Shown here: piece after piece, positions 13,126-25,288 of the stretch
Layout of the letters: every line of letters starts with the position of its first letter
Numbering within the stretch: the first letter of the stretch is position 1
Assembly: GCA_964187785.1 (NCBI GenBank)
Contig: OZ076409.1
Coordinates: 56,608,001-56,672,000 of the forward strand
DNA length: 64,000 nt
Origin: Amphiscolops sp. MND2022
Taxonomy: Eukaryota
Reading direction: 5' to 3'
Translations under genes and position numbers: made by a program
Notes under the pieces: generated by a model
Seen by the model: the letters and a program-made list of their open reading frames with translations, nothing else
Database searches by the model: none
Told to the model about the DNA's origin: nothing

Positions 13126-15468
13126 TTTAGATCTATAGCTACTCAAAGAGTCTACTAAAAAATCGTTTTTACACTCAAAACTTTACAACGTTGGGAAATT
13201 TAGTTTTAAACCGGATCCTCCTAATTTCTTGAACATAAATTCAACAAAAGTTCAGTGTCATTTTGAAGAGAAAAAACTTTTTTGTTCATGTGTTCTTAAT
13301 TTTCAATTTTCGTAAACTTTACGGATACTGAACCTGCACAAAAATAAGCTAACTTTTTCGGCAAGTTTAGTAAACTTGCAATTGAAAACTTTATTTTTAA
13401 TTTTTCTCCCGATCCGAGCGAAATCAATGAATATAAAACAATTTACAGCTATGTTTGTGGGTAAATTCTAAAAATGAGTTTTTCATGGAGTGACTTTTTA
13501 GAGTAAATGGAAAAACTCTAAGGTAAAAAGGTCGAGTTTTGAAATCAATTATACTCTAATGTATGGACATTTCACTTAGATGAACTCAGAATCTCAGACA
13601 ATACCAACTGCAATTTGTTTTACAAAAACTTGACAGCCACTGAACAATTTTATACTGTTTGTCCCGAAATAAATTACCAACAGTAGTGAGGAGAGAGCAA
13701 CCAATATGACCACGACAACAGAAAAGCTTTAAAAAAATGTTCCGAAGTTGATCAAAACTTCAAACAAAAAATTTTAAAAGGCATTAAATTTTTCAATAGG
13801 GATAAACATTTTCAGAAAACATGAAACGCCTGCTGAAACTGTTCTACAACGAAATATTTTGAGGCTTAGAAGCAGCCAATGCACTATGAAAATGCAAACA
13901 AGTTCGACGAAATAAAAGTTTTGATTTTTTTATCCCATTTTGAAAGGAAAAACCTACTTTACAAACATGCTAAGTACTAAGTTATTTTGTTGTTGAACTA
14001 TGTGGATATCAGTATCTAGCCTACCAAATTTTTATAATCTTGCACAAAATATCAACAAAAATGTCAAAAGTTAGAAAAGTCATTTTCAGGCACTTTTTAA
14101 CACTTTTCTAAACTACATACGTCGCTTCCAAAAAACCTGGATACCGAGTTCAGTCGTTGTTGGATGTTTCTAACCATTCTAACTCACGATATAGCACAAA
14201 AATTCTACAAAAAACTCAGAAAGTTTTTGCTTTTTGAGATATTCTGATGATTTTTTTAACTTGGGAAACTGCACACTTTTCCTTTGGAAGACGTACAGCG
14301 TGGCTAGTGACTCCGCTTCGGAAAAGTTTGGATCTAACGCATAAAATATCGGAAATTGTACGGAAAGTGAAAACGTACATGAAAAACGACAAAATCTGGA
14401 AACTAATTTGGATCATTCTGAGGTAGTTTTCTTCAATAATTATACCAAATTCTCTTTTAGAAGCCTGCTAAAAACTACTTGTACAACATTGGAGTTTTTC
14501 TAACCTTTTTACATACCAAATTAACTGATTTCAAATGAAAAAGCACGGAAAAGTACAGAAATTGGAAAAGGGTATTATCTCGAATACCTTTGGGGTTTTT
14601 GGAGACACTTTCCAAACAAAAAATTGGAAGTATGTTTTTTTTAAAAGTACTGGGCAGTTATTGTTTTGTTGTCTAATTTCTTAAGATTCTTTTCAGGAAA
14701 CTTCTGAAAAGTCACCGACTTGCAGAAAAAAGGACCAAGAGATAAAATGCTTGGAATTTTTGAATGTTTTGGAGTCTTCCGGATGTTTTTAGTCGAAAAC
14801 GTCGCATATCGGTTCGTGGTTTTACTCGTAAGAGAGCAGGAAAGTTGAAATTTTTTGCAAACAATGTAGATCCTGATATTCACATATTTATTTCTCTCGC
14901 ATGCATCGTTTTTTGCATATAGCCCAGTTTTTGAATTTCAATAAGAAAATCTTGGCAAACGAAAAAAAGCAACTTCAGTGATCTTTGTTTTTGATACCAC
15001 TGCAAAGCTCAATTTACACAGGTTTTCAATTTGACCAGACTGTTCTTAGTTTGAATTCAATTTGAAAGGATCCAACTTTCGACTTTGGCAAGATTCAGAT
15101 CCTCACCTTCCTATTGTCGAGGACAAAAAAAAACGAAAAAAAAACATGTACGAACTTTTGATGTTGATTCCGGAATATTTTGCGTTGTTTTCAATGTTTT
15201 CAAATGCGTTGTGTTTTGAAAAATCTGTTACTCTGGTCCAGCTGAACGCCCAAGAAAATCTGCACCTATGAAGAATTTGAATCCGCATCCTCCTGCTCCC
15301 CAAACTAACAATTCAACAGCTAGACCATCGAGCTTTACATCTGATGCATTTCACAAAAAAATTGGAGAAATTGTTTCGCCGCTTTCAGAATTTAACTCAG
15401 ACCCGCGAGCAACCCCGAATATTCAGGTTTCCCAAAAATTATATCTGGAACAAAACAATTTATTTTAC

Positions 15469-15672
15469 TGTTGTATATCAATGGAATAAAGAAGTTGGGA
15501 ATGTAATACTGTATTGTACGTAAGATCAAGTTATAGTGTCCACTATATCGTACTACAGATGACATTAAAGTTACTAGCAGGTATGTTATGTAATTAACAT
15601 AAAAGGTCATAAAGTGAGTAAGAATTATGTAACATTACGTTACTGTTGACCTTCAACTGTATTCATGTCACA
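15469..15672 (-). repeat. 3' LTR of Gypsy element 1
   Basis: Identical to 21259-21462 except one base (15502 T vs 21292 G). Confidence 0.97.
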
Positions 15673-15682
15673 TTCCCCCCCT
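15673..15682 (-). other. Polypurine tract of Gypsy element 1
   Basis: AGGGGGGGAA on the minus strand directly before the 3' LTR. Confidence 0.9.
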
Positions 15683-15948
15683 GGTAGGAAGTTATCTAGT
15701 ATACTTGATAACTGTATTTTATAACACAAATTTAGATTACATGTATAAACAAAAAGGTTGTATCAACTCAATTGTTGATAATGAGTCCGTTCAGTTTCTT
15801 GTTTAAGATTTGACGGTGCTTCTCGCCTCGGTACCATGCTACCGGTTTCCTCACGTTCCTCCTGTCTTCTCCTCCGCTCCTCTTCATTCTGATTGTGTGT
15901 TTCCGCTGGCTTGGCTGTTTATTCGTTTAACGGTGTTTCCTGTAAATA

Positions 15949-18900
15949 TCAGAATGTTACTGGATTTCCGTATCTTATTATCGGGTTATTCGTTCTTATT
16001 CTAGAAGATTTTCTAGTTTGTATGTTTGTATTGTTTGTTTCAATTGCATCTGGTAATTCCGTTATTTCAGTTTTTATTTGGTTTTGGTTGTTTTGGTTTT
16101 GGTTTTCGTTACCGTTATTGTCGACGATGGTGATTGTTGTCGGGTTTTCGGCTATTGCCTCCATTGCTTGCTCTAGTTGTTCTTCGCTCATTCTGTCCAC
16201 GTGAAGTTTTAGGTTGTTTTCTCCCGGGGTTCTTTCCTTGATTGCATTTTTTCTTCCTCTTCCGATTTGTATCGGTGGTGTGAAGTCGAAACTGGTTTCC
16301 ATCCCCTCTACTGATGTTTCTGCCGTTGGGGTACTTGCTCGCCTTTCATCGGTCTCGGTTTGTGTCTCTTCTTCTTCCTCTTCTTCGTCTTCTGAGTCTG
16401 ACTGTATGGATGTTTGGACAAATCTTCCGTCTGTGCCTCGACGGTTTTCTCCTCTTCTTGATAGGGGGTTCTGAAATGAGTTTGGTAATGGTTTACTTAT
16501 CCGTTTTTTGTGTATTATTTTATTTGTGTCCGTCGTTATTGTGTGTTTGGTTTCAGCTACTGCTATTTGTGGATTTGTTTCGTATTCACTTTCAAATTTG
16601 TTTTTGTTTTGTTTTTTCTCTAGGAACTTGTATGGGAGGTTATTACTAACATCGCATTTCAGCTTTCGGGGGGTTTTCATGATGAGTTGATCGTATCCTC
16701 CTCGTCCGTTGTTGAATGAGTAGACTTGTAGGGTCTCCGGTTGTGCTGAAACTTAATCATTTTTGTCCGTTGGTAAATTTAAGTAGCTGGTTAGTTCCGT
16801 TCGTGGCTTTCGACCGTAATGTCTTTCAAACGGTGTCTCTTTAGTTTTTGAGTGGATGGTCATACGCATTACCATCAGGGACTGGTATAAAGCATCATTT
16901 AAGTTGCATTTGTCTTCTAAATTAGTCCTCATTAAATCTTTCAGTGTTTTTATTCCCCTTTCTACTAGTCCCGTAGCTGTGTGTATATATGGTGTACCAT
17001 ATATTAGTTTAATGTGTAGGTTTTTACACATTTGTCTGAAATCTTTTCCAGTAAAGGCGGTTCCTTTATCTGTTCTAATTACTTGTGGGATACCGTTTAG
17101 TAGTATGTACTGTTGTAAAAAATTTTTTGCTGTTTTGCCTGTAGGAGCTTCACATATACAGGCCGCTGGCCATCTACCATACCGGTCAATAGATATCAGT
17201 ATGTAAAATCGCCGGTGTTTAAATCTTATTGGTCCGATGAAATCCAATTGGATTTCTTCGTTTGGTTTTTCTACCGGAGGTAAATAATTTATCTCCGTCA
17301 TTGGTATTTGTGGTTTTATACTCTTACCTGACATTTTGCAGGGAATGCACTCGTTGCATTTCGTCTGAATGTCTTTGTTGAGTTTTGGCCACCAGAAGGG
17401 TTTGGCTGCATGTGTCATCTTGTTAATGGCGGGGTGGCCTTTGTGTAGTAATAAGATGACTGTTTTTCGTAATGGCTTCGGAATTACTATTTTGTCATTA
17501 TAGAACACTACTCCAAATCGTGTTGACATGTTTTTGTGGTGTTCTTTGTATTCGTCTGGTATCTGTTCGTAACTTCTCCTCTCCAGACATACCAGTGTTT
17601 TGATTAGTTTTTCGTCGTTTGTTGTTTCGTCTGCAATTGTTCTTAAATCGGTTGAGGATTTTTGTTCGGCCTGGCGAATGGTTTCTTCTAAATCCCATTC
17701 TTCGTTGTATTGTACTTTACTCGCCGTTCCCATTTGTACATATCGTACACTGGTTGCCCCCAGGTACCTCTTGAAGTTGATCGCCGGTACAGCGATTGTT
17801 TGGTCGGAGTCCGATGACATTGTTTCTATTTCATCTTGTTCTTGTGGTTGTTGTGTGTTGCTGCTTGGCCCGGTGTCGTCCCTTTTTGGCTTCGCTCTGA
17901 TTTTTTCAATGACTCTATGGAATTCTCTTTTTCTCTCTAGTTCTTCTTCTGTCTCTCTGCTGTTATTTTCCATTCGTTTCCATAACAGTTTGTTTCTTTT
18001 CTGCCACAGTTCAACTTCGATTCGTTTCTGTTCTGCCCGCAATGCTCTGGATGGGTTGTATTTTTCCATTGTCCCTGCGTGAATCTGTAGTCGCCTGGTT
18101 TTGTTATCTCCCTCCATCTTGTTGTTAATCTCAGTGTTTCTTCCGATGGGTCGTCCTTTTCAATGGATTCGATTGTTTTAATATCCATTCTGTTTTGTAC
18201 GGTTTGGTTTGTGTCAGCTGTATTTGAACGTACTTTGCTTTTTGAAGATTTCAATGACCACTGTTTGTCTTGTTCGTGTTCGCTGAGCTGTATTTCGTTC
18301 ACGCTTCTTGTTTGTGATTGGTTGTTTGCTGACGCTGCTACTTTGTCCGTTTGTGCTTCTACTTTCTTTTCGTCGGTGATGCTACCGTGTGTGTTAATAA
18401 ACTCCAGTAAGTGTATTACGCAATTAATTACGTATTCTTCGTCGTAATTCTCAATTGGCTCCGGCTTTGAAATCGGGTTTCTACTCAAATAATCCGTCAA
18501 TTTCAGATGCTTGCCAGCAATGTGCTTTATGTTAATATCAAAGTGTGCTAATCGATCCAACCATCTTGTTAATCTTGCGCTATAAGTTTTATTTGATCTG
18601 TTACGTTTAATTAGTGGTTCCAGCGCTTGGTGATCGGTTAGTAATTCGATTGGTTTTCCGTAAACATATAAGCGAAAATGCTCCAGTCCCCATACTACTG
18701 CTAGTAGCTCTAGCTCATTTATCGCATACTTTTTCTCGGTGTCCGATAAAAATCTGCTTGCAAAACCAACCGGTTTCAGATTTCCGTCTTTTTGTTTTTG
18801 CCACATTGTAGCGCCTAATCCCTTTGTACTTGCGTCAGTTGTTAGGATATTTTCTTAATTCGAGTTGTAGTGCGCTAAGCATGGCAGTTGGGTGATTAAT

Positions 18901-21245
18901 TTCTTTAGATTGTTGAACGCTTCTGTGTGTTCTTCTGTCCAGATCCATTCGTTTTGTTTTTTCAGTAGTTTTCTAAGTATGTCTGTTTGTGCTGATAAGT
19001 TTTTGATGTACTTTGACAAGTATTGTATTGCTCCCAGGAAGGATTTTAGTTCTTTTTCGTTTTTTGGTATGTTTATTTTTGTTATCGCTTCCAGTTTATC
19101 TTGTAATGGTCTGATGCCGTCTTGGTTTATTTGGTGTCCCACCCATTCAGCCTCTTTCTTGAAAAATTCGCATTTCTTCGGGTGTAGTCTATATCCTGCT
19201 TCGTCTAATTTTTTCATTGTTTCTTTTACTTCCGACTCGTGTTTCTCTATTGTTCCTTTGGTTACGATTATGATATCATCTAGCCAAGCGGGGTGTTTGA
19301 ATTCCAGTGTTCTGTCTATCCGTTCCTGGAAAATTGTTGGGATGTCCGCCAATCCGTAAAAGCCTTTCAAGAAACTGTAGTATCCCGTAAATTCTCCGCC
19401 CGTAACGGTGAAGATACATAGATTTCTTGTATTTTCGTTCAATTTGATTTGGCCGTAAGCATAATCGAAATCTAGTTTTGTTATCCATATTTCCCCTTCT
19501 TGTTCTTCCGATATCTTCCGTGATATTCTGGATATTAGCTCTTCCATGTTCGGCATTTGTGCTTTCTTTTTAATTGTTGCTTCGTTTAATTTTCTTGAAT
19601 CCAATGCAATTTTTATTGATTTATCTTTCTTCACCGTGATAACTGCTGGGCTCACGAAACAATCTTCAGTTATTTCTGTGGCCCTTTCCCAGTATCCGTT
19701 TTTGATTAATCTTTTTATTTCCTCCGCTACTTGATTTTGAAGGTGAATTGGTACTGGTCTTCCTTTTTGCTGTATTATCTTTGCGTCTTCTTTCAGGTCG
19801 ATTTTTACTTCCAAGTCTTTTATTTCCGTGTTGTTGTAAAACAGATCTTTAAATTCGTTCTTCAGTTTGAGGATCTTCTTTTCGGTTTCGTCCATTTTGA
19901 TGTTGTGTATTTTGATATCGTCGGTTGTTGTGTTTACTGTTATTCCAAGCCGTTTCATCCAGTCTAGTCCCATTAACGGTGTAATGTTTGTTTTTGTAAT
20001 TAGTAGTGGCAGCTGGAGTGTTGTACTGTTGGTTTTCACCAGTGCTTTTGTTTGCCCCAAGAAATCGATCTTGTTGTCGTTTACGTCTTTGTAATTGGTT
20101 TTGAGTTCTTCCACTTCAGTAATTTTGTTAAATAGGCGTTGTGGTATCAAAGTTACTGGGGACCCACTGTCTATTATAAATTTTATTGGTGCGTTGTTAA
20201 CCAATAGTGTTGCGTGTAGATACTCTTCGTTCTTTTTGTTGTTGTTTATTCTTTGTATTTTGTTGTAGTCCCAGTTGTCTTCTTCTGCTGATGATGATAC
20301 TTTATCCACATGTTGTATTCTTTTTGGAAGTCTACACATTTTTTCATAATGCCCCCTCTTTTTGCAATTTCGGCAATCTACCGATTTGGCTGGGCTTATG
20401 TGTTGTCTGGACCAGTTAGGTGCTCCGCATTGTCCGCACCGGTTATCTTTGTACCTCCGTTTTTGATACTCCGGTCGTTTTTTGTTTTTGTCATAACTGG
20501 TCTTCTCTGACCATTTTCTTTTTCTCGGCCTTTCTTGTACGTGTTTTATGTTCCTTCCGTCATTGGAATTGTTTGAGTCGTTTAACCGGTCATACATATA
20601 TTCATGTATTAGATCGGTTATCGTTTCGATGGTCATGTTACTTTTCCGGATTTTCTTTTTGAGTTCGTAGTCTCCCGTTGATCTCCCGATTAGGGATAAG
20701 AACTTCGATGCAATAAGTTCGGCTGGGGTAACGTTGTCAAATTCGCAGTTTTTCTCGGTCTGCAATATTCGTGTCCAAACGTCTTCAGCCGTCTCATTCG
20801 GTTCTCTGGTTATTCCGAAAAAGTCTGCCCGGCTGTGAAATTTGTTTCTTTCTGGTATGAAGTGGAGGCGAAATAGTATGTAGAGTTGGTTGATGTTCAT
20901 TTTGTTTGGGTCGTTGTCTCTTACCGTTTTTGTCATTTCTGTAACGGCTTCTTCTCCCAATGCCCAGATGAAAATGTCTTTTATTTTTATCTCCAGTTCT
21001 TCTCGATATTCTTCCAATATCTCTTTGTCTGTTGTCATTGTATTCAAGTCTATTTTCTGGGTCATTTTGACATACTGAGTAAATCGTCGCCACCATAATT
21101 TTGCTTCTTGTATAGTTTTCTTCTCAAATATTGGTAATGTTATTTTTTGGTGTGTTGTTGTCCGTCCTTTTTTGTCTCCAGATTCTTCACTTGAAGAGTT
21201 TCTGCTATTGGATTCCGCGGAGTTGTTTTCGTTCTTTTGACTCAT
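15949..21245 (-). pseudogene. gag-pol: Disrupted gag-pol of Gypsy element 1 (ORF pieces 18855-21245, 17937-18806, 16753-18117, 15949-16680)
   Basis: Gag knuckle CRNCKKRGHYEKMC; protease IIDSGS; RT LDFDYAYGQ...WLDD; RNase H TDAS..G.GA/ELELLAVVW/TDHQAL; integrase HKGH..CIPC, LDFIGP, TDKG, GLVER. In-frame TAA at 18855-18857 and 16753-16755; frameshift near 18065. Confidence 0.93.
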
Positions 21246-21258
21246 GTTGACTGCGCCA
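21246..21258 (-). other. Primer-binding site of Gypsy element 1 (tRNA-Ser-like)
   Basis: TGGCGCAGTCAAC directly after the 5' LTR; complementary to ...GACUGCGCCA ends of animal tRNA-Ser (from recall). Confidence 0.75.
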
Positions 21259-21462
21259 TGTTGTATATCAATGGAATAAAGAAGTTGGGAAGGTAATACT
21301 GTATTGTACGTAAGATCAAGTTATAGTGTCCACTATATCGTACTACAGATGACATTAAAGTTACTAGCAGGTATGTTATGTAATTAACATAAAAGGTCAT
21401 AAAGTGAGTAAGAATTATGTAACATTACGTTACTGTTGACCTTCAACTGTATTCATGTCACA
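21259..21462 (-). repeat. 5' LTR of Gypsy element 1
   Basis: Matches 15469-15672. Confidence 0.97.
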
Positions 21463-24400
21463 TTTACACTGTATGGAGTCATAAATAAATGCCTAACCTT
21501 GCCCTTATGTTCGTAAATTCAAGCAAGACGAACAAGTAGAACACGGCTGCTGAATTTTGATTGTAAATTGAATGTCTAATTCAGGGATACGTAGTTAGCT
21601 CCTCCGTTGCTATTATCATTCCATGTCTTCAGGGTGCAATGAACAAGCAACAAACAAAGCTAGTGAAGAAAAAAAGGGGGTAATAAAGAACAGGGTGGGT
21701 TCTCTATTTCACAATTGGTAGAATGCCTAATTCAGTGTCTGTAGACGTCGACATTAAATCAGTAGGTAGCATGTACTTCATTGACAATTCAGATGATTCC
21801 AAATGTGATCAAGTTCCATTCCGCGTGAAAATACTTGGATTTCACAGAGAGGAGGGAAAGAGGGAAAGAGAAGAAAAGAAGAAGTTCCACGGGAGGAATT
21901 ATGATAGGCAGAAAATTATTGTTACCGTTTCTTAACTGTGCGAGAATTTGTGACGTAATTGGGGTACTTGCAGCGGTCAATTGCAGTCACTTGTGATTGT
22001 TAGACGGCCGGTTATTACGTCACATTGTTTGATGACGTAACGGTTTTCTGAAGTTCCGATGAAAAATCTACAGTGCAGGCAATCAGTACTTGCAACTTGA
22101 CAAATTGATAACACAAATGTTACAATAGATGGAAAAAGTACGAGCTTACGAATTGGTCGCAATTATTTGGAAAAATTGGAAAAATTGCTGCTTCTTCAGA
22201 TCATACGTCATCGGTTTTAAAAAATTAATTACCAGCAAAAAACAGCGCAGAGGTACGCATTTTGGAAAATTGATTCCACAAACAGTAACTGTGGTACTAG
22301 GCCATATCAGCTTCTTCAGTTTATCACCAAAAAGGCAAAGAACAACTAACTAATGCAGATAAAGAAAGAATGATCCTGATCCGAATATCTTAGAAGCCTG
22401 ACTTACCTTAGATGACAGCGATAAGATAGAAACCATACTATGGTACCAAAAAGCTAAAGACAGCTAACACTACTGGAGAAAACAGTAATAGTGAATTTTT
22501 ATTTGTACATGCATGGGACAAAAAAGTCGCATGTGCAAGTCCCATTTTGATCAAAATTACGAGACTTTTTATTTTGAAAACGTATTGAAGTTTTATCACA
22601 TGGTGTTTTTAGGAATTTTGAAACTTTTCAAACTTAATAGCGCAATTTATCAAAAACCGCTTGCCTACGAGGAAAGCCTCCCTCAGTCGCTGTGAGAGAG
22701 TTAAGCTAGAATCTAGAACCGAACTCAAAACAAATTTAAAAGAAGTTAGTTGTTTTGATTGTCAACCGATATCTGCGTCAGAGTGAATTAGCTAGTGAAT
22801 TACCCCTGTAACATTAGTTTTTGTAGCCGTTCTTCAACTGTCATATTTATCACTTTTCCTGAAAATTCTTTATTGAAGAATGAACAGCCGAAAACTTGTA
22901 GTTTTGTCAAAAAATATTTTTACTGAGTAAAAATTGAAGAATTCGCATTTTGTGATCATTTCGCGGTGTACGTTCTGTAGAGGGCGTTTCCAGTAAAATT
23001 GTTCAAGTCAGAAGTTATCAATCTGAATCAATAGTACAAAAAATTTCCCTGGCATTTTTGTTACGAACAACAATTTTCGACATATTCCATCATGAATTTC
23101 AGAAAATTACGAAAATCAAAAATGAGAAAATGTTATATTTGTATTTTTCGTTTGATTCCAAAACAAAAAGTACCCCTGTAATTCTTAATAAAATCTGAGA
23201 AAAGTTTGTTTATGGGACTTTTGTGCAAATTGATTGAATATGGAGAAAGTTAGTGCGATTTGTATTGTATGTAGATTTTATGCTCGATAGCTGCTACATT
23301 GTTATATTGGACGAGTATAGATGCTTTTTATGGAATTCCCCTCTTTGGTCTAAATTCACTTTTCGGCAATCCTGACACGGTTTTTAAAGGTCTCACGACT
23401 TCCGCGCAGATGAAAGAGGATCAAAAAAGCAAATTGCAGCAACAAGGCATTAGCCCAAAAATATACCCCAATGAAACTAGGTTTTTTGAAGAAATAACGT
23501 AGTTACTTTCTAAGAATGAAATGAGTGCCATGAAGTCGCACGCGTAGTTGATTAAGCATACGACGTAGAGGCGACGTAGTGAATACCGAAAAATAAATTG
23601 TGTCAATTGATAAATTTATCGAAATACATGATCAGGGTCAAATAACTCTTTTCAGCTATGTGAAGATTCGGCTAACTGAAGCACCATTTCAAGTAGCATC
23701 TGTTTGTTAGACAACCCACTTGCCCTGCGAATCTGTACAGATCCTAACGTATATTCGAGGACTTGTCGAGAACTAACATGCCGTAAAAATTTAAATACCC
23801 ATAAAAATTGAAACCTGAAAAATTTTTCAAAAAAAGTTGATTTGGTCAAAGCATCATTCACATTTTTAAATTCTATCAAAATCATACTTTTTTGTTTCTT
23901 TGGAAACTCTTCTTGAGTTTCAAAGTTGGAATCGTGCTAGAACATTCTCAAAAATGCTAGAAAGAGGCAAACTTGCAAATGCAATAACAATATGGGTTAC
24001 GGGCATTTTTCTATTGCGCACACTTTTGTGTGGTACACTCTCGCTTTTCGAAGCATCGGTTGTATGGCAACATGAACAATTGTAAAAAGGAAGTGAGAGC
24101 TGGGTTGGTAGCGTGAGTAACTGCACAATTGTAACAAGACGGGAACGTCTCATGTCGGCGCTATACCTAAAGCTCAAAACGCTCAAAAAGTTTTTCAAAG
24201 ATGCTCAGGACGTTATTAAAAACACAAAAAAGTTCCAAAACACCAAAGAAGTGTCTTTTGTGCTCGGGAAACGCTTCAGGTTCGGATATAGCGTGCTCGG
24301 ACAACTAGAAGCGCTTGTTTTCGAACCTCCGTCTCCTCCTTCATAAAGGCAATATAGTTCGGATATAACGACAAAAATTCGGATATAGCGCTTCACTTTG

Positions 24401-24472
24401 GATATTACGTCAAAATTTCGGACAGCATTGGATATATATTGGTTAAACCTAATATCAGACAAAAATGAGAAC

Positions 24473-25168
24473 TTGAAACAGTCTCATAGGGCCAAAATAG
24501 TTGAAATTTTGAAAGAAGGGACTCTTAGGGATTTTTTTAACAGCCATTCTGTTGCAAAATGTCAAAAAATGAAAAGGGACGCTTCGAAGACGTTTTAAAA
24601 ATTCGAAAAAGTGACACAGTTCTCAGACGAAAAATAAGAATTTTGAAACAGTCTCATAGGGCCAAAATAGTTGAAATTTTGAAGGAAGGGACTCTTAGGG
24701 ATTTTTTTAACAGCCATTCTGTTGCAAAATGTCAAAAAATGAAAAGGGACGCTGCGAAGACGTTTTAAAAATTCGAAAAAGTGACACAGTTCTAAGACGA
24801 AAATGAGATTTTTGAAACAGTCACATAGGGCCAAAATAGTTGAAATTTTGAAGGAAGGGACTCTTAGGGATTTTTTTAACAGCCATTCTGTTGCAAAATG
24901 TCAAAAAATGAAAAGGGACGCTGCGAAGACGTTTTAAAAATTCGAAAAAGTGACACAGTTCTCAGACGAAAATGAGATTTTTGAAACAGTCTCATAGGGC
25001 CAAAATAGTTGAAATTTTGAAAGAAGGGACTCTTAGGGATTTTTTTATTAGCCATTCTGTTGCAAAATGTCAAAAAATGAAAAGGGACGCTTCGAAGACG
25101 TTTTAAAAATTCGAAAAAGTGACGCAGTTCTCAGACGAAAAATGAGAATTTTGAAACAATCTCATAGT
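24473..25168 (+). repeat. Tandem satellite, ~4 units of 169-170 bp
   Basis: TTGAAACA anchor recurs at 24473, 24643, 24812, 24981 and 25151; units are near-identical. Confidence 0.95.
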
Positions 25169-25288
25169 GCCAACAATCTGAAAGGGGGATTTTTAACATT
25201 CTTTTTGCTGCAAAAAATCGAGAAAATTGAAGGGGGACCCTTTGATGACATTAAAAAATTCACAGAAAAAATCTCACAGTGACGAAAA

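Larger units (their letters stand above)
15469..21462 (-). mobile_element. Full-length Ty3/Gypsy LTR retrotransposon, single gag-pol frame (Mag-like)
   Basis: 204-bp TG..CA LTRs; 5-bp TSD TTTAC (15464-15468, 21463-21467); PBS and PPT present; domain order gag-PR-RT-RH-IN. Confidence 0.97.

Noticed and set aside
18855..18857. Programmed stop read-through in pol
   Set aside because: The stop lies at the RNase H start, not at a gag-pol boundary, and element 2 has a sense codon there.
15810..21098. Many plus-strand ORFs over Gypsy element 1
   Set aside because: Antisense shadows of the A-rich gag-pol frame; no recognisable motifs.
21977..22162. 61-aa ORF with hydrophobic start and CDVITGRLTI (receptor L-domain-like)
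   Set aside because: Non-ATG start, early stop, and no consistent exon chain could be built.
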